Positions 29,032 to 39,000 of a stretch of 64,000 nucleotides of DNA are shown piece after piece. Position 1 is the stretch's first letter; every line of letters begins with the position of its first letter. A program made the position numbers and the translations under genes. The stretch lies in the NCBI GenBank assembly GCA_964654485.1, contig CAZZJI010000004.1, forward strand, positions 1,104 to 65,103. Reading direction: 5' to 3'. Under the pieces are notes generated by a model that was not told where the DNA came from, made no database searches, and was given only the letters and a program-made list of their open reading frames with translations. The stretch is from an uncultured Gammaproteobacteria bacterium. Lineage in GTDB: Bacteria > Pseudomonadota > Gammaproteobacteria > SG8-11.

Positions 29032-31056
29032 TTATTCAGTCGCGCCCAAACCCTTTGGATCAGCTTTAGGGCCAGCCAGCACTTCACTTTCTTTCTTCAC
29101 TTCCGGTTGTCCAACCTTACGCCGTGCCAAACGATAGCGACGATCTGAAATTGCAAGAAAACCACCTAAAGTCATAAAAACGGCTCCACCCCAAATCCAG
29201 CCTACAAAGGGCTTATAATATACACGCACACTCCAGGCACCGCCCGCAAGTGGTTCACCCAGGGAGACATAAAGATCCCTGAATAAACCGCTATCGATAC
29301 CCGCTTCGGTCATCGGCATGCGTTGTACGGTATACAATCGTTTTTCAGGCTTGAGTATAGTTTCGAACTCACCGTTTTTTGTTACATAAATTAGTCCCTG
29401 GCTGGCGGTATAATTAGGGCCTTGTATATCCTGCGCGCCATCAAAACGAAAAACATACGGACCGATACCAATGGTGTCACCTATTTCCATTCTAACATCC
29501 TGTTCGGATTCATAATTAACAACACAGGTGATACCAATAATCGTCACCGCAACGCCAAAGTGTGCGAGATTGTGGCCATAATAGCTTCTTGGCAACTTTT
29601 TCAATTTGTGCAACACACTGCCCTTATAGGCGGACACCGATACGCGTTGGTAAATATTGGCAATCACACTAAAAATAATCCAATAAGCCATTAGCAAGCC
29701 CAGGCTGACCAAAGCGGACCATTCACCCGCCAAAAATGGAACAACCAAAGCACTTATCACTGAAGCAATAAAAGGAATGCGCATTTGCTTAAGCAAATCT
29801 GCTGTGTTGGTCTGCTTCCAGCGAGCAACGGGACCTATTCCCATCATAGCAACCAGCACGACGACCAAAGGCACAAATACCGCATTAAAATACGGAGGAC
29901 CCACCGAAATTTTCCCCATACCCAGAGCATCGAGCAATAATGGATAGGTTGTCCCTAATAAAACCGACCCGCAGGCAACCACCAACACAACGTTAGCAAT
30001 AAGCAACATGGTTTCCCTGGAAACTAACTTGAACTCACCGCCTAACCCAACTTTAGGTGCGCGCCAGGCAAACAAAGCGAGTGAAGTGCCAATCGTCACT
30101 AACAAAAAGATAAGAATAAATAAACCACGTTCAGGATCAGTTGCAAACGCGTGCACTGACGTCAACACACCCGACCTCACCAAAAACGTACCTAACAAAC
30201 TAAGTGAAAACGTAAAAATAGCTAACAACACCGTCCAGTTTTTAAAGGTACCGCGTTTTTCTGTTACCGCCAGTGAGTGAATTAACGCAGTCCCCATTAT
30301 CCATGGCATAAATGACGCATTTTCTACCGGATCCCAGAACCACCAACCACCCCAACCTAATTCGTAATAAGCCCACCAGCTTCCTAATGCGATGCCGAGG
30401 GTCAAAAATGCCCAGGCAATGGTTGTCCAGGGACGCGACCAACGAGCCCACGCAGCATCAAAACGTCCACTTAATAACGCCGCGATCGCAAATGCAAACG
30501 CAACTGAAAAACCAACATACCCCATATACAACATCGGCGGATGAATTATTAATCCGAAATCCTGGAGCAAGGGGTTTAAATCTCGCCCGTCTACTGCAGC
30601 CGGTAATAATCTGTCAAAAGGATTGGAAGTAAAAATCATAAAGGACAAAAAGCCTACTGAAATCAGGCTCATTACACCCAGCACTCTGGCGACCATATCC
30701 AACGGTAGATTTTTGCTGAAAATGGATACCGCGTACGCCCAGCCCGCTAACATCAGCATCCACAATAACAATGAGCCTTCATGACCACCCCAGATAGCTG
30801 CGATTTTATACTGTATCGGCATGGCAGAATTTGAATTGGTCGCGACATAAGTCACAGAAAAATCATCATTTAAAAACGCATAAGCCAGGCAGGCGAATGC
30901 CACCGCAACAAACATAAATTGAGCCTGGGCACCAGGGCGAGACATCGCCATCCAGGAATAATCACCTCTGGCAGCACCCGCAATGGATAACACGCCTTGT
31001 ACCAACGCAATGCATAGCGCTATAATTAATGCAAAATGACCGATCTCTGGTATCAT
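29032..31056 (-). CDS. ccmF: Cytochrome c heme lyase subunit CcmF
   Basis: 674 aa polytopic membrane protein. It has the WGGWWFWDPVEN tryptophan-rich motif. Confidence 0.9.
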   Translation of the reverse strand: MIPEIGHFALIIALCIALVQGVLSIAGAARGDYSWMAMSRPGAQAQFMFVAVAFACLAYAFLNDDFSVTYVATNSNSAMPIQYKIAAIWGGHEGSLLLWMLMLAGWAYAVSIFSKNLPLDMVARVLGVMSLISVGFLSFMIFTSNPFDRLLPAAVDGRDLNPLLQDFGLIIHPPMLYMGYVGFSVAFAFAIAALLSGRFDAAWARWSRPWTTIAWAFLTLGIALGSWWAYYELGWGGWWFWDPVENASFMPWIMGTALIHSLAVTEKRGTFKNWTVLLAIFTFSLSLLGTFLVRSGVLTSVHAFATDPERGLFILIFLLVTIGTSLALFAWRAPKVGLGGEFKLVSRETMLLIANVVLVVACGSVLLGTTYPLLLDALGMGKISVGPPYFNAVFVPLVVVLVAMMGIGPVARWKQTNTADLLKQMRIPFIASVISALVVPFLAGEWSALVSLGLLMAYWIIFSVIANIYQRVSVSAYKGSVLHKLKKLPRSYYGHNLAHFGVAVTIIGITCVVNYESEQDVRMEIGDTIGIGPYVFRFDGAQDIQGPNYTASQGLIYVTKNGEFETILKPEKRLYTVQRMPMTEAGIDSGLFRDLYVSLGEPLAGGAWSVRVYYKPFVGWIWGGAVFMTLGGFLAISDRRYRLARRKVGQPEVKKESEVLAGPKADPKGLGATE

Positions 31057-31157
31057 AATCCCTCTCTTGAATCCCTATTCTTTCTGCAGTTGCTAACTTA
31101 TGTTTTTGATTTGAATATGTTTCCTAACGACCTTGCTAACATAAGGTTTGGCTAAAA

Positions 31158-31619
31158 CTATTCTGCCAGGTTTGTAGTATTCATTTTTGCTTTTGCTTTT
31201 TCCGCTTTGTCCAGCGCATCCTGAACCTCGGGTGGCATATAAGTCTCATCGTGCTTGGCGAGCACTTCTTTGGCATAAAAGCTGCCACTATCGTCAAGTT
31301 TGCCTTGTGCAACAACCCCCTGACCTTCCTGAAATAAATCCGGTAAAATACCTTTATAAGTAACGTCAATGGTCTGTAATTTGTCAGTCACTTTAAAATG
31401 CACGGTCAAACCATCATCTTCTCGTTGCAAACTACCTTCTTCCACCATGCCGCCTACTCGAATGGTTTTACCACGCGGCGCTTCATTAGACTTAACTTCT
31501 GTAGGACTGTAAAAAAATGAAACATTGCTATTCAATGCATTCAACACCAATCCAGCAGCAACAGCCAATCCGGATACACCAATCACTACAAACATTAAAC
31601 GCTTATTTCTTGCCTTCAT
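31158..31619 (-). CDS. ccmE: Heme chaperone CcmE
   Basis: 153 aa. It has an N-terminal TM anchor, an OB fold, and a C-terminal LAKHDETYMPPEV carrying the heme-binding His. Confidence 0.9.
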   Translation of the reverse strand: MKARNKRLMFVVIGVSGLAVAAGLVLNALNSNVSFFYSPTEVKSNEAPRGKTIRVGGMVEEGSLQREDDGLTVHFKVTDKLQTIDVTYKGILPDLFQEGQGVVAQGKLDDSGSFYAKEVLAKHDETYMPPEVQDALDKAEKAKAKMNTTNLAE

Positions 31620-31644
31620 ATTCGATAATCCTGTTTCTCTAATA

Positions 31645-31833
31645 TTACTCTGTAGTCTGGTTGCGTTTGTTAGCTCGAATCAAGCGAAACAAACGTTGCA
31701 CTAATGTGCGTCGGCGTCGACTCAGCAAAATCAATTCACCAACCATAAAGGCGGCCGTAACGCCATATGACCACCAAACGAAACTGGCGTAGCCACCCAT
31801 GTGTATAAACTCGGACCAACTGGACCAGTTCAT
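31645..31833 (-). CDS. ccmD: Heme exporter protein CcmD
   Basis: 62 aa single-TM protein located between ccmC and ccmE. Confidence 0.75.
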   Translation of the reverse strand: MNWSSWSEFIHMGGYASFVWWSYGVTAAFMVGELILLSRRRRTLVQRLFRLIRANKRNQTTE

Positions 31834-32627
31834 GCACTGCCCCCTTCTCTCTGGACAGATTTCTGTTGCTCTGTCTTGTCTTGTACAGGACCATCCAGTA
31901 AATCAGCGACCCAAGATGCATTTTTTTCGCGCTCAAGAATTTCACAACGAACGCGCATCAGCGCCACCACGATTGCATACGCCCAGAACGCAAACACCAT
32001 AATCATCATCGTCCATAACATCGTCGGGTCGATTTTCGATTCTTGACCCGGCGCAACCGAGAAAGGTTGATGCAAAGTATTCCACCATTTCACCGAAAAA
32101 TAGATGATAGGCACGTTAACCGCACCCACAATGGCTAACAATGCGCTGGCTTTTGATGCACGTCGTGGATCATCAATCGCCGAGCGTAATGCAATAAACC
32201 CCATATAAAGAAAAAGCATCACCAGGTAGGTAGTTAGTCTTGCATCCCATACCCAATAAGTACCCCATGTAGGTTGGCCCCACAACGCACCCGTCCATAA
32301 TCCAACAAAAGTAAACATCGCACCAGTGGGTGCCAGTGCACCTGCCATCATCTCTGCGAGCTTTACATTCCAGATAAGTCCAACTGCGGCCCAGCCCGCC
32401 ATCACCATATAAATCAACATCGACATCCACACCGCAGGCACGTGGATATAGATAATGCGATAACTGTCACCCATTCGGTAATCGGGAGGCGTGACCAATA
32501 ATCCTAAATACAAACCAATCGCCGTGAGAACAACAGCAATACCCATACACCAAGGTATAATTTTACCGGCAGCCGGATAAAATGTTTTTGGTGATGAGAA
32601 ATACAACCAGAATCGTGATGTGGCCAT
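31830..32627 (-). CDS. ccmC: Heme exporter protein CcmC
   Basis: 265 aa. It has the WGTYWVWDARL WWD motif. Confidence 0.9.
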   Translation of the reverse strand: MATSRFWLYFSSPKTFYPAAGKIIPWCMGIAVVLTAIGLYLGLLVTPPDYRMGDSYRIIYIHVPAVWMSMLIYMVMAGWAAVGLIWNVKLAEMMAGALAPTGAMFTFVGLWTGALWGQPTWGTYWVWDARLTTYLVMLFLYMGFIALRSAIDDPRRASKASALLAIVGAVNVPIIYFSVKWWNTLHQPFSVAPGQESKIDPTMLWTMMIMVFAFWAYAIVVALMRVRCEILEREKNASWVADLLDGPVQDKTEQQKSVQREGGSA

Positions 32628-32659
32628 AAACTAATACTTCTCTATTATTCCGCGCTGAT

Positions 32660-33367
32660 CTATTCAACGCTAATTCTTAAAGCAACACTGGTTGCTAACG
32701 GTGCAAACACAATAGATGCCACTAAAAACGCACCCAGTAACGATAAATGCCCATCGATACTGATGCCCGCGCTATACGCCTCCACCGCACCGGCACCAAA
32801 TATCAGCACTGGTATAAACAACGGCAACACTAACAGCGACAACAATATACCACCTCCGCGCACACCCAATGTAAGTGCCGCGCCGATGGACCCAATTAAA
32901 CTTAAAACAGGTGTACCTAACAACAAGGTAATCACCAATATCTGTATCGTATCTGCACTTAACCCCAACTGCATACCTAACAGGGGTGAGAGCAATGCGA
33001 GTGGCACACCGGTCAACAGCCAATGTGCAAATAATTTTGCTAGTACCAAAACAGACAATGGGTATGGCGCGATCACCATCTGTTCCAATGTGCCATCTTC
33101 AAAATCACTGGCGAACAACGTGCTTAATGACAACATTGAGGCCAATAGCGCGGCAACCCAGATAACACCTGGCGCCATCGTGCGCAACAGTTCCATTTCC
33201 GGACCTACACCCAATGGAAACAGTGTGACGGCAATTATAAAGAAAAACAGCGTCGTAAACACATCCGTACGCCGTCGCATCGCCAGAGTCAGGTCACGTA
33301 CCACCATAAAGCGGAAGGCAGCAATTAACCCCATTTCACCTGTGGATTCTGCCACTGCGTCGCTCAC
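32660..33367 (-). CDS. ccmB: Heme exporter permease CcmB
   Basis: 235 aa polytopic membrane protein, downstream of ccmA with overlapping start and stop. Confidence 0.85.
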   Translation of the reverse strand: MSDAVAESTGEMGLIAAFRFMVVRDLTLAMRRRTDVFTTLFFFIIAVTLFPLGVGPEMELLRTMAPGVIWVAALLASMLSLSTLFASDFEDGTLEQMVIAPYPLSVLVLAKLFAHWLLTGVPLALLSPLLGMQLGLSADTIQILVITLLLGTPVLSLIGSIGAALTLGVRGGGILLSLLVLPLFIPVLIFGAGAVEAYSAGISIDGHLSLLGAFLVASIVFAPLATSVALRISVE

Positions 33368-33984
33368 GAATCCAGATTAATTTGTCGAGCTTGTTTGCCC
33401 GTTGTCAGAGCAACATCCTGGTGTGTAGTTAATATCACCATCCCACCATTTTCGAGATGTGTTCTTATTAATCCTTGCAATAATTCCACAGCCGCAACAT
33501 CCAAGGCGCTAAAAGGCTCGTCCAGAATCCATAATTTTGTCTCGCTGACCAGTAACCTGGCCAAAGCAACACGGCGCTTTTGTCCTTGCGATAAAAATCG
33601 GGTGGGTAAATCCTCTCGACCCATTAGCCCCATTTTTTCCAGGGACTCAAGTGCTCGCGCTTCAGATAATTCGATGCCCGCGAGCTTACTGGAAATCCTC
33701 AAATTTTCAATGCCGGTTAGCTCATCCTTGATCGCATTTAGATGGCCAAAATAGCTAAGTTCCTGATAATACTCCTCACGCAACTCACTTATATTTTCGT
33801 TTTCCCAAAAAACTTCACCCTCAGTGGGCATAAATAAACCACATAAAATCCTCAATAAACTGGTTTTTCCACTGCCATTGGATCCGCGCAAATAAACAAG
33901 TTCCCCGGCGCTAACAGAAAAGCCTAAATTTCTAAATAAAACATGGTCTCCTCGAGTACATTCGAGATTCCGGGCCTCTAACAT
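33364..33984 (-). CDS. ccmA: Heme exporter ATP-binding protein CcmA
   Basis: 206 aa. The Walker A motif is GSNGSGKTSLL, the ABC signature is LSQGQKRRVALARLL, and the Walker B motif is ILDEP. Confidence 0.9.
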   Translation of the reverse strand: MLEARNLECTRGDHVLFRNLGFSVSAGELVYLRGSNGSGKTSLLRILCGLFMPTEGEVFWENENISELREEYYQELSYFGHLNAIKDELTGIENLRISSKLAGIELSEARALESLEKMGLMGREDLPTRFLSQGQKRRVALARLLVSETKLWILDEPFSALDVAAVELLQGLIRTHLENGGMVILTTHQDVALTTGKQARQINLDS

Positions 33985-34265
33985 GTTGTGAAAAATCCTT
34001 AATTCTTATCTCACAAATACAACTTATCATTATCACCAACACCCAAATATCTAATTTTATTGAGGTTAATGGGCGTATCGCGGCCAAGTTTATCACATCC
34101 GATGTGCAGGCCATAGGACATCAAAATAGCAAAATAATGAAGCCCGTTACCAATAACCTAATAAAATAACGGTTAAGCGCCGCGCAACTCTTGCTCACGA
34201 CGAACTATCCACTAAATACTACTCCCTATTTGCTTAATGGCACATGAACGGGGTTCGCAATATTT

Positions 34266-34790
34266 TTATTGTTTGTATAACTGGTTAATTTTTACGACTA
34301 ATTCAGGACTATCCCATTCTCGCCATCCCCAGATAATTTCCTGAATGATGCCGTCTGAACCCACCAGATAAGTTGCGGGATAAACGCGAACACCAAGCAC
34401 ATCATTTGCAATAATTGAGTCGATATCCAAAAAATTTGGGTAGCTGACCTTTTGCTCAATTAAAAACTCACGCACCAGATGTTCATCGTAATCCACCGAT
34501 ATACCAATAACATCAAATTTTTCATCATCCAGTTTGGATTTTAGGCGCTGCAAGCTGGGCAATTCATGCCGACATGGGCCACACCAAGTCGCCCAAATAT
34601 TGATAACCCGTGCTTTTCCCGAAGATGAATCAAGTGAAACATCGTTACCTTCAAGATCTTTCACAACAATATCCGGAAAAGATTGGCCCGAAGCAACAAC
34701 GTTTAACGGTGCCAAGGTTTTATCTTCACAAGCGGGCAATACCGATACCACCAGGATAATGATAAAAAAATAGTTCAAAGAAGATTGCAT
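34266..34790 (-). CDS. TlpA/ResA-like thiol-disulfide oxidoreductase lipoprotein (System II-associated thioredoxin). The start is probably an internal Met; the ORF-track start overlaps the upstream gene.
   Basis: It has a thioredoxin fold with WATWCGPCRHELP and the lipobox-like VLPACEDK. Confidence 0.75.
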   Translation of the reverse strand: MQSSLNYFFIIILVVSVLPACEDKTLAPLNVVASGQSFPDIVVKDLEGNDVSLDSSSGKARVINIWATWCGPCRHELPSLQRLKSKLDDEKFDVIGISVDYDEHLVREFLIEQKVSYPNFLDIDSIIANDVLGVRVYPATYLVGSDGIIQEIIWGWREWDSPELVVKINQLYKQ

Positions 34791-34804
34791 CAAGCACGTC
34801 TGAA

Positions 34805-35443
34805 TTAATTCGATTCGCTCTTTAATGTCCCATCTGGCTGCTCTTTTACACCCTCTATACGCCCTAACCTGGCTTCCCATTCCCATAATGCCGAACGTGC
34901 TTTTGGTAAAAACGGATCATCAGGAGTTGATAAATGAATATAAGATCGCATCGCACCCAATGCGGCTTCATAATCTTTCAACCCTTCCAGTGACAAGGCC
35001 AGACCCCAGTACGCATTAGTTTGATCTACCTTGAGTTCAGTGGCTTTATTAAAAGCATTACCTGCACTTTCATATTGTTCCAGACCTAACAACGCAAACC
35101 CCATATTGACATAAGCTTCCGGTAACTTTGGGGCTAACGCAATCACCTGGTCTAATGCGGTAACGGCATATTCATATTGCTTCGCATGCAGTAGCGCAAT
35201 CGCTTGATCAAAGCGAACTTGTAATTCATGCAATCGTCTATCGCCCGCTTGATTTGCAGGCGACGCATTCTTATTTAACAAAGCAGGTTGTGTAGCAGGA
35301 ACCAAATCAGAATTATTGATTAAAAATGAAACCAAACCGATAATGATAAGCACCACCGCAACAGACAGCGTGGACACAATATTTTCAGAATTGTTTGCTA
35401 AATCAATGCGTTCACTCCCCGTCTCAATTGACTCGCTGTTCAT
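34805..35443 (-). CDS. TPR-repeat protein with an N-terminal TM anchor. The probable start is the Met whose ATG overlaps the ccsA stop (ATGA).
   Basis: TPR-like helices are present (YEYAVTALDQVIALAPKLPEAYVNMGFALLGLEQYESAGNAFNKATEL...AYWGLALSLEGLKDYEAAL). Confidence 0.65.
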   Translation of the reverse strand: MNSESIETGSERIDLANNSENIVSTLSVAVVLIIIGLVSFLINNSDLVPATQPALLNKNASPANQAGDRRLHELQVRFDQAIALLHAKQYEYAVTALDQVIALAPKLPEAYVNMGFALLGLEQYESAGNAFNKATELKVDQTNAYWGLALSLEGLKDYEAALGAMRSYIHLSTPDDPFLPKARSALWEWEARLGRIEGVKEQPDGTLKSESN

Positions 35444-36330
35444 ACCATTCCCTTGTGCGCAGAAGCGCTCAAATACGGTACGCCAAAATAGGTTGTAAAC
35501 GCCAAAATAAAAATGCCGATGATCATCGCACCACTCAGCCAGGCAGGAATTCGGTAAGTCAATCGCAAATGCAAGCCCAGCGCTAGCGCAAGCCAGGTAA
35601 GAAATGCCGATGTCTCCAACGGATCCCAGGACCAATAACGACCCCAGGCATCCTGCGCCCAAACCGCACCCGCGATCAACATCAAACTATCAAATACCAG
35701 CGCCAACATCATAAAACGCCAAGCAATCTTATCCAGAATTTCGTTTGCCGGCATACGTTCGAAATAAACCACAGTGCGTTTAAACTGTCGCAATATCATT
35801 ACACCGGAAAGCCCGACACCGAGTAACAGCAACGCTAGATACACCTTGCCCAGCAACACATGCGCCCATTTCCATTGATTGTAATATGTCGCTGGAAAAT
35901 GGCTCGCTTTTGGTTCAAGCAACAGCACCCAAGTTCCCAGTATCCATAAAATTGGCAGCGCAATGACTGCGCTGGCGCGCAGCCCCGGCAAACGCCAATA
36001 AGCAAGGGTAAAAATCACTCCCAAACTTAATAATTGACTCATGAGTAATTCAAATAAACTAATCCACGGGCCATGGCCAATACGCACCCACCGCATTGCG
36101 ATTGCAATCGTCAAAAATATTAATGCGCTAACTAAAAGAGCAAGTATCAACCTCTCATGTTGATTACCGCTCGTATTACTATTACCTGCTTCATTGATAC
36201 CCCCGATATTATTCATACCAATTTGGTGACGAGGCACCACACCCCAAATAGCAACAAACGTCGCCAACGCATACGCGGCCAACCCAGACCACAACCAGGG
36301 CAATTCTGCAACTATATCAGTGGAATTCAA
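35440..36330 (-). CDS. ccsA: System II cytochrome c biogenesis protein CcsA/ResC-like
   Basis: 296 aa polytopic membrane protein. It has the tryptophan-rich WAQDAWGRYWSWDPLET WWD domain and conserved His residues. Confidence 0.8.
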   Translation of the reverse strand: MNSTDIVAELPWLWSGLAAYALATFVAIWGVVPRHQIGMNNIGGINEAGNSNTSGNQHERLILALLVSALIFLTIAIAMRWVRIGHGPWISLFELLMSQLLSLGVIFTLAYWRLPGLRASAVIALPILWILGTWVLLLEPKASHFPATYYNQWKWAHVLLGKVYLALLLLGVGLSGVMILRQFKRTVVYFERMPANEILDKIAWRFMMLALVFDSLMLIAGAVWAQDAWGRYWSWDPLETSAFLTWLALALGLHLRLTYRIPAWLSGAMIIGIFILAFTTYFGVPYLSASAHKGMV

Positions 36331-37361
36331 ACAACATCTCCTTGCATCTTAGCCGCTGTAGATTTTTCTTTGGATTCTTCTTTGGAATGTTTAACACCGT
36401 CAGGCCATGGCCTGGACGCCATTTTTTCCCAGTAATGCCAACTAAGCCCAAATACACTAATTAAAGAAACAATAAACAACAATTGGATAGTCGGATTATA
36501 AAAAACTTTATAGCCCATCCAGGTGAGCAACTTGTCATATCGCAACTGACCACCGACGATCGGAATTGTATCACCTGGTTGCAACTCAATTCGCTGCTTA
36601 TTTTGTGAGACAACCAAAACACCCGATGAGTTCCTGCCATCCAGACGCCAAGCTTCATCCGCCGTCATACCGGTTTGTAATTGCAGCCAAAACTTTATTT
36701 CCTGATTATTTGGCGTTGTCCAGGTATTACCTTGTTTGTAATCAAATAACGGGTAAGAAGGCATATTAACCGTCCCCGTAACGGGTGACCCTTGTTCGGG
36801 AATCCAGGTTAGCAGCACGGAAAACCCCTTGTTAAATGTAGTGTAAAACCGAAACCCCTCGATGATCAGCGGCCGATCATCTCCAACAACTTTTTTTACC
36901 AGATTCCCCTGTTCATCAGGTATAAACACCTGACTAAAGGTCAACCCCCTGAGCATCCCTGCTCCATAATCCACAGTAAAGGGGCCTTGAATAAAATGCA
37001 CCTTCTCTAATGAGCCAGAGAACAGGGGACCCTTGAATTCTTCGGTTAGCTGACTCGGATCAAACGGTTGGGATTCCACTATTTCTATATGTGCATCCAG
37101 ATAAATCAAACGTCCTATTGCGGCAAGTACTACTATACCCAATAAGGCCAGATGAAAAGTCAGCAGGCCGGGCTGGGAATTAATGCGTGAATTAGAAAAA
37201 ATGGCTGCCAGCAGATTAATGGCTAACAAAGCCAGCGGAATTACAACCACCCAAACCACCGCACCCGGCTGATTGTCATAGGACAACGCAGCTCCAATGC
37301 CTAACAAAACAAAGCCTACCAAAGTAACTTTTAATGAGGCTATGGCCCTTATTATCTTCAT
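36327..37361 (-). CDS. ccsB: System II cytochrome c biogenesis protein ResB/CcsB-like (short form)
   Basis: 344 aa. It has an N-terminal TM helix, a periplasmic domain and a C-terminal TM helix. It is translationally coupled to ccsA by a 4-nt overlap. Confidence 0.65.
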   Translation of the reverse strand: MKIIRAIASLKVTLVGFVLLGIGAALSYDNQPGAVVWVVVIPLALLAINLLAAIFSNSRINSQPGLLTFHLALLGIVVLAAIGRLIYLDAHIEIVESQPFDPSQLTEEFKGPLFSGSLEKVHFIQGPFTVDYGAGMLRGLTFSQVFIPDEQGNLVKKVVGDDRPLIIEGFRFYTTFNKGFSVLLTWIPEQGSPVTGTVNMPSYPLFDYKQGNTWTTPNNQEIKFWLQLQTGMTADEAWRLDGRNSSGVLVVSQNKQRIELQPGDTIPIVGGQLRYDKLLTWMGYKVFYNPTIQLLFIVSLISVFGLSWHYWEKMASRPWPDGVKHSKEESKEKSTAAKMQGDVV

Positions 37362-37708
37362 GCTATCTTCATATTAATATTAGCTTCAAGTAAGCTTCAT
37401 CTTAACAAGTATTTATAGGCACCAGCCCAAACTGCATCCTTGTAATAAACTACTAATAAACTATAACCTAAATCCCGAATTCAGGTTATAGTGAAAACAG
37501 TCTAGCAAAAATTCGTCTTTTTTTCAGCTATATCAAGGCACTAAATACGATCTAAGCGGGAATCAACCGAAAATCATGCGGAAATCTAACGAAAACCAGG
37601 GGAAATTCAATTATTGTTACTTTCGCCGTAAATTACGTTACAAATCTGCCATTGTGCAATCTATAAGCTGAAAAAAAGAACGTCATAAGATATTTAGTAC
37701 CGCATAAT

Positions 37709-38983
37709 TTGCTATTAAATATGAACAAAAATATTTCGCCACATACCTATGTCCTGTCTACGTTATTTGTTGTTGCGGCAACATTGCTTTTTTTTGAATA
37801 TTATGGTTTCAAAGAACAGTATTTTTATATTCCTGTTTTCTCACTCGCAATAATTTATGCTGCCCTCAATTTTATACGTCAACGAAGAGGACTGAGTGCA
37901 TTCTCTACGGATAAAAAAATCAATTTAGCAACGCTAGTTAAAAAATCAATCGCTCGTTATATTGTGTGGCTGACAATCATCTATCTTGCCTACACATTTT
38001 TCAGGCTAGCACCATTTTATGGTTTACCCCCTTACTCTGCGAGCACAGTCAGAGCTAACACAGTATTTTTTGAATATTTTTTAAATATTTACCTCATTGC
38101 TGGATTGCCCTATTTTATTTTAACAAACAAATTCAAAGCATCACGCGTAGAAGACTATTACGATCCCGCAATACGTATCATACACATGTTAAAGCAGGTT
38201 TTTTTACGCACGTTACGGGGTGATAATGTAAACTCAATATTTAGAGTATTTAGAAAAAAATACAATAGAAAAGTGTTGCTAAGCTTTTTGATGCGCACCT
38301 ACTTCGTCCCCATCATGGTCGTTCAGGTTTATAGTTACACGGTATACTCAGTGAATTTTCTGAATAACCCAGTTAACAACTACCAACTATTGTCCATATT
38401 GTTCGGAATTACCGGGATACTGTGGCTTGCCGATACGATAAATGCCAGTCTTAGTTATTGCATAGAATCGAGATGGATGGAAAACCGCACCCGCTCCATC
38501 GATCTGACGCTGGGCGGCTGGTTTGTTTGTTTGATCTGTTACACCCCGCTCAATGAGATCCCTTCTTATTTTTTCTTTTTTGCGCCGACAGTGGTTACAA
38601 ACAATGAAAGCCAGCTAATTATCGAAAATATTAATTTCTTATATACCATAAAAATAATTGAAATACTATTACTGGCCACTCACATTTACATAGACATTTC
38701 CCTTGGACCCTCTGTTGCCAATATAACGCTTAAAAAACTGCAAACAAAGGGTTTTTATGGGTTAATACGTCACCCGGGCACTACATTCAAATTGCTTTTC
38801 TGGCTTATACAATCTGTTTTTTATAAACGCTTCTGGAGCCTAAAAATTATTTTTGGTTATTTTATGTGGGCAACAATATACGTGTTGCGTGCACTCACCG
38901 AAGAACGCCACCTTAGCCAACATGAAGAATATATCGAATACAAAAAGAAAGTAAAATACCGGTTTTTCCCAAAATTATTCTAG
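37709..38983 (+). CDS. Polytopic membrane protein with a C-terminal isoprenylcysteine-carboxyl/phospholipid methyltransferase (ICMT/PEMT-like) domain
   Basis: 424 aa. The C-terminal LIRHPGTTFKLL...TEERHLSQHEEYIEYKKKV matches the RHP...EE..L family signature. It is strongly AT-rich compared with its neighbours. Confidence 0.55.
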   Translation: MLLNMNKNISPHTYVLSTLFVVAATLLFFEYYGFKEQYFYIPVFSLAIIYAALNFIRQRRGLSAFSTDKKINLATLVKKSIARYIVWLTIIYLAYTFFRLAPFYGLPPYSASTVRANTVFFEYFLNIYLIAGLPYFILTNKFKASRVEDYYDPAIRIIHMLKQVFLRTLRGDNVNSIFRVFRKKYNRKVLLSFLMRTYFVPIMVVQVYSYTVYSVNFLNNPVNNYQLLSILFGITGILWLADTINASLSYCIESRWMENRTRSIDLTLGGWFVCLICYTPLNEIPSYFFFFAPTVVTNNESQLIIENINFLYTIKIIEILLLATHIYIDISLGPSVANITLKKLQTKGFYGLIRHPGTTFKLLFWLIQSVFYKRFWSLKIIFGYFMWATIYVLRALTEERHLSQHEEYIEYKKKVKYRFFPKLF

Positions 38984-39000
38984 CGATCTGATGTATTAAG

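Noticed and set aside
32763-33380. 205-aa plus-strand ORF antisense to ccmB
   Set aside because: It fully overlaps ccmB, which has strong family features. The antisense translation is Asn/Ser/Thr-rich, as is typical of antisense reads through membrane-protein genes.
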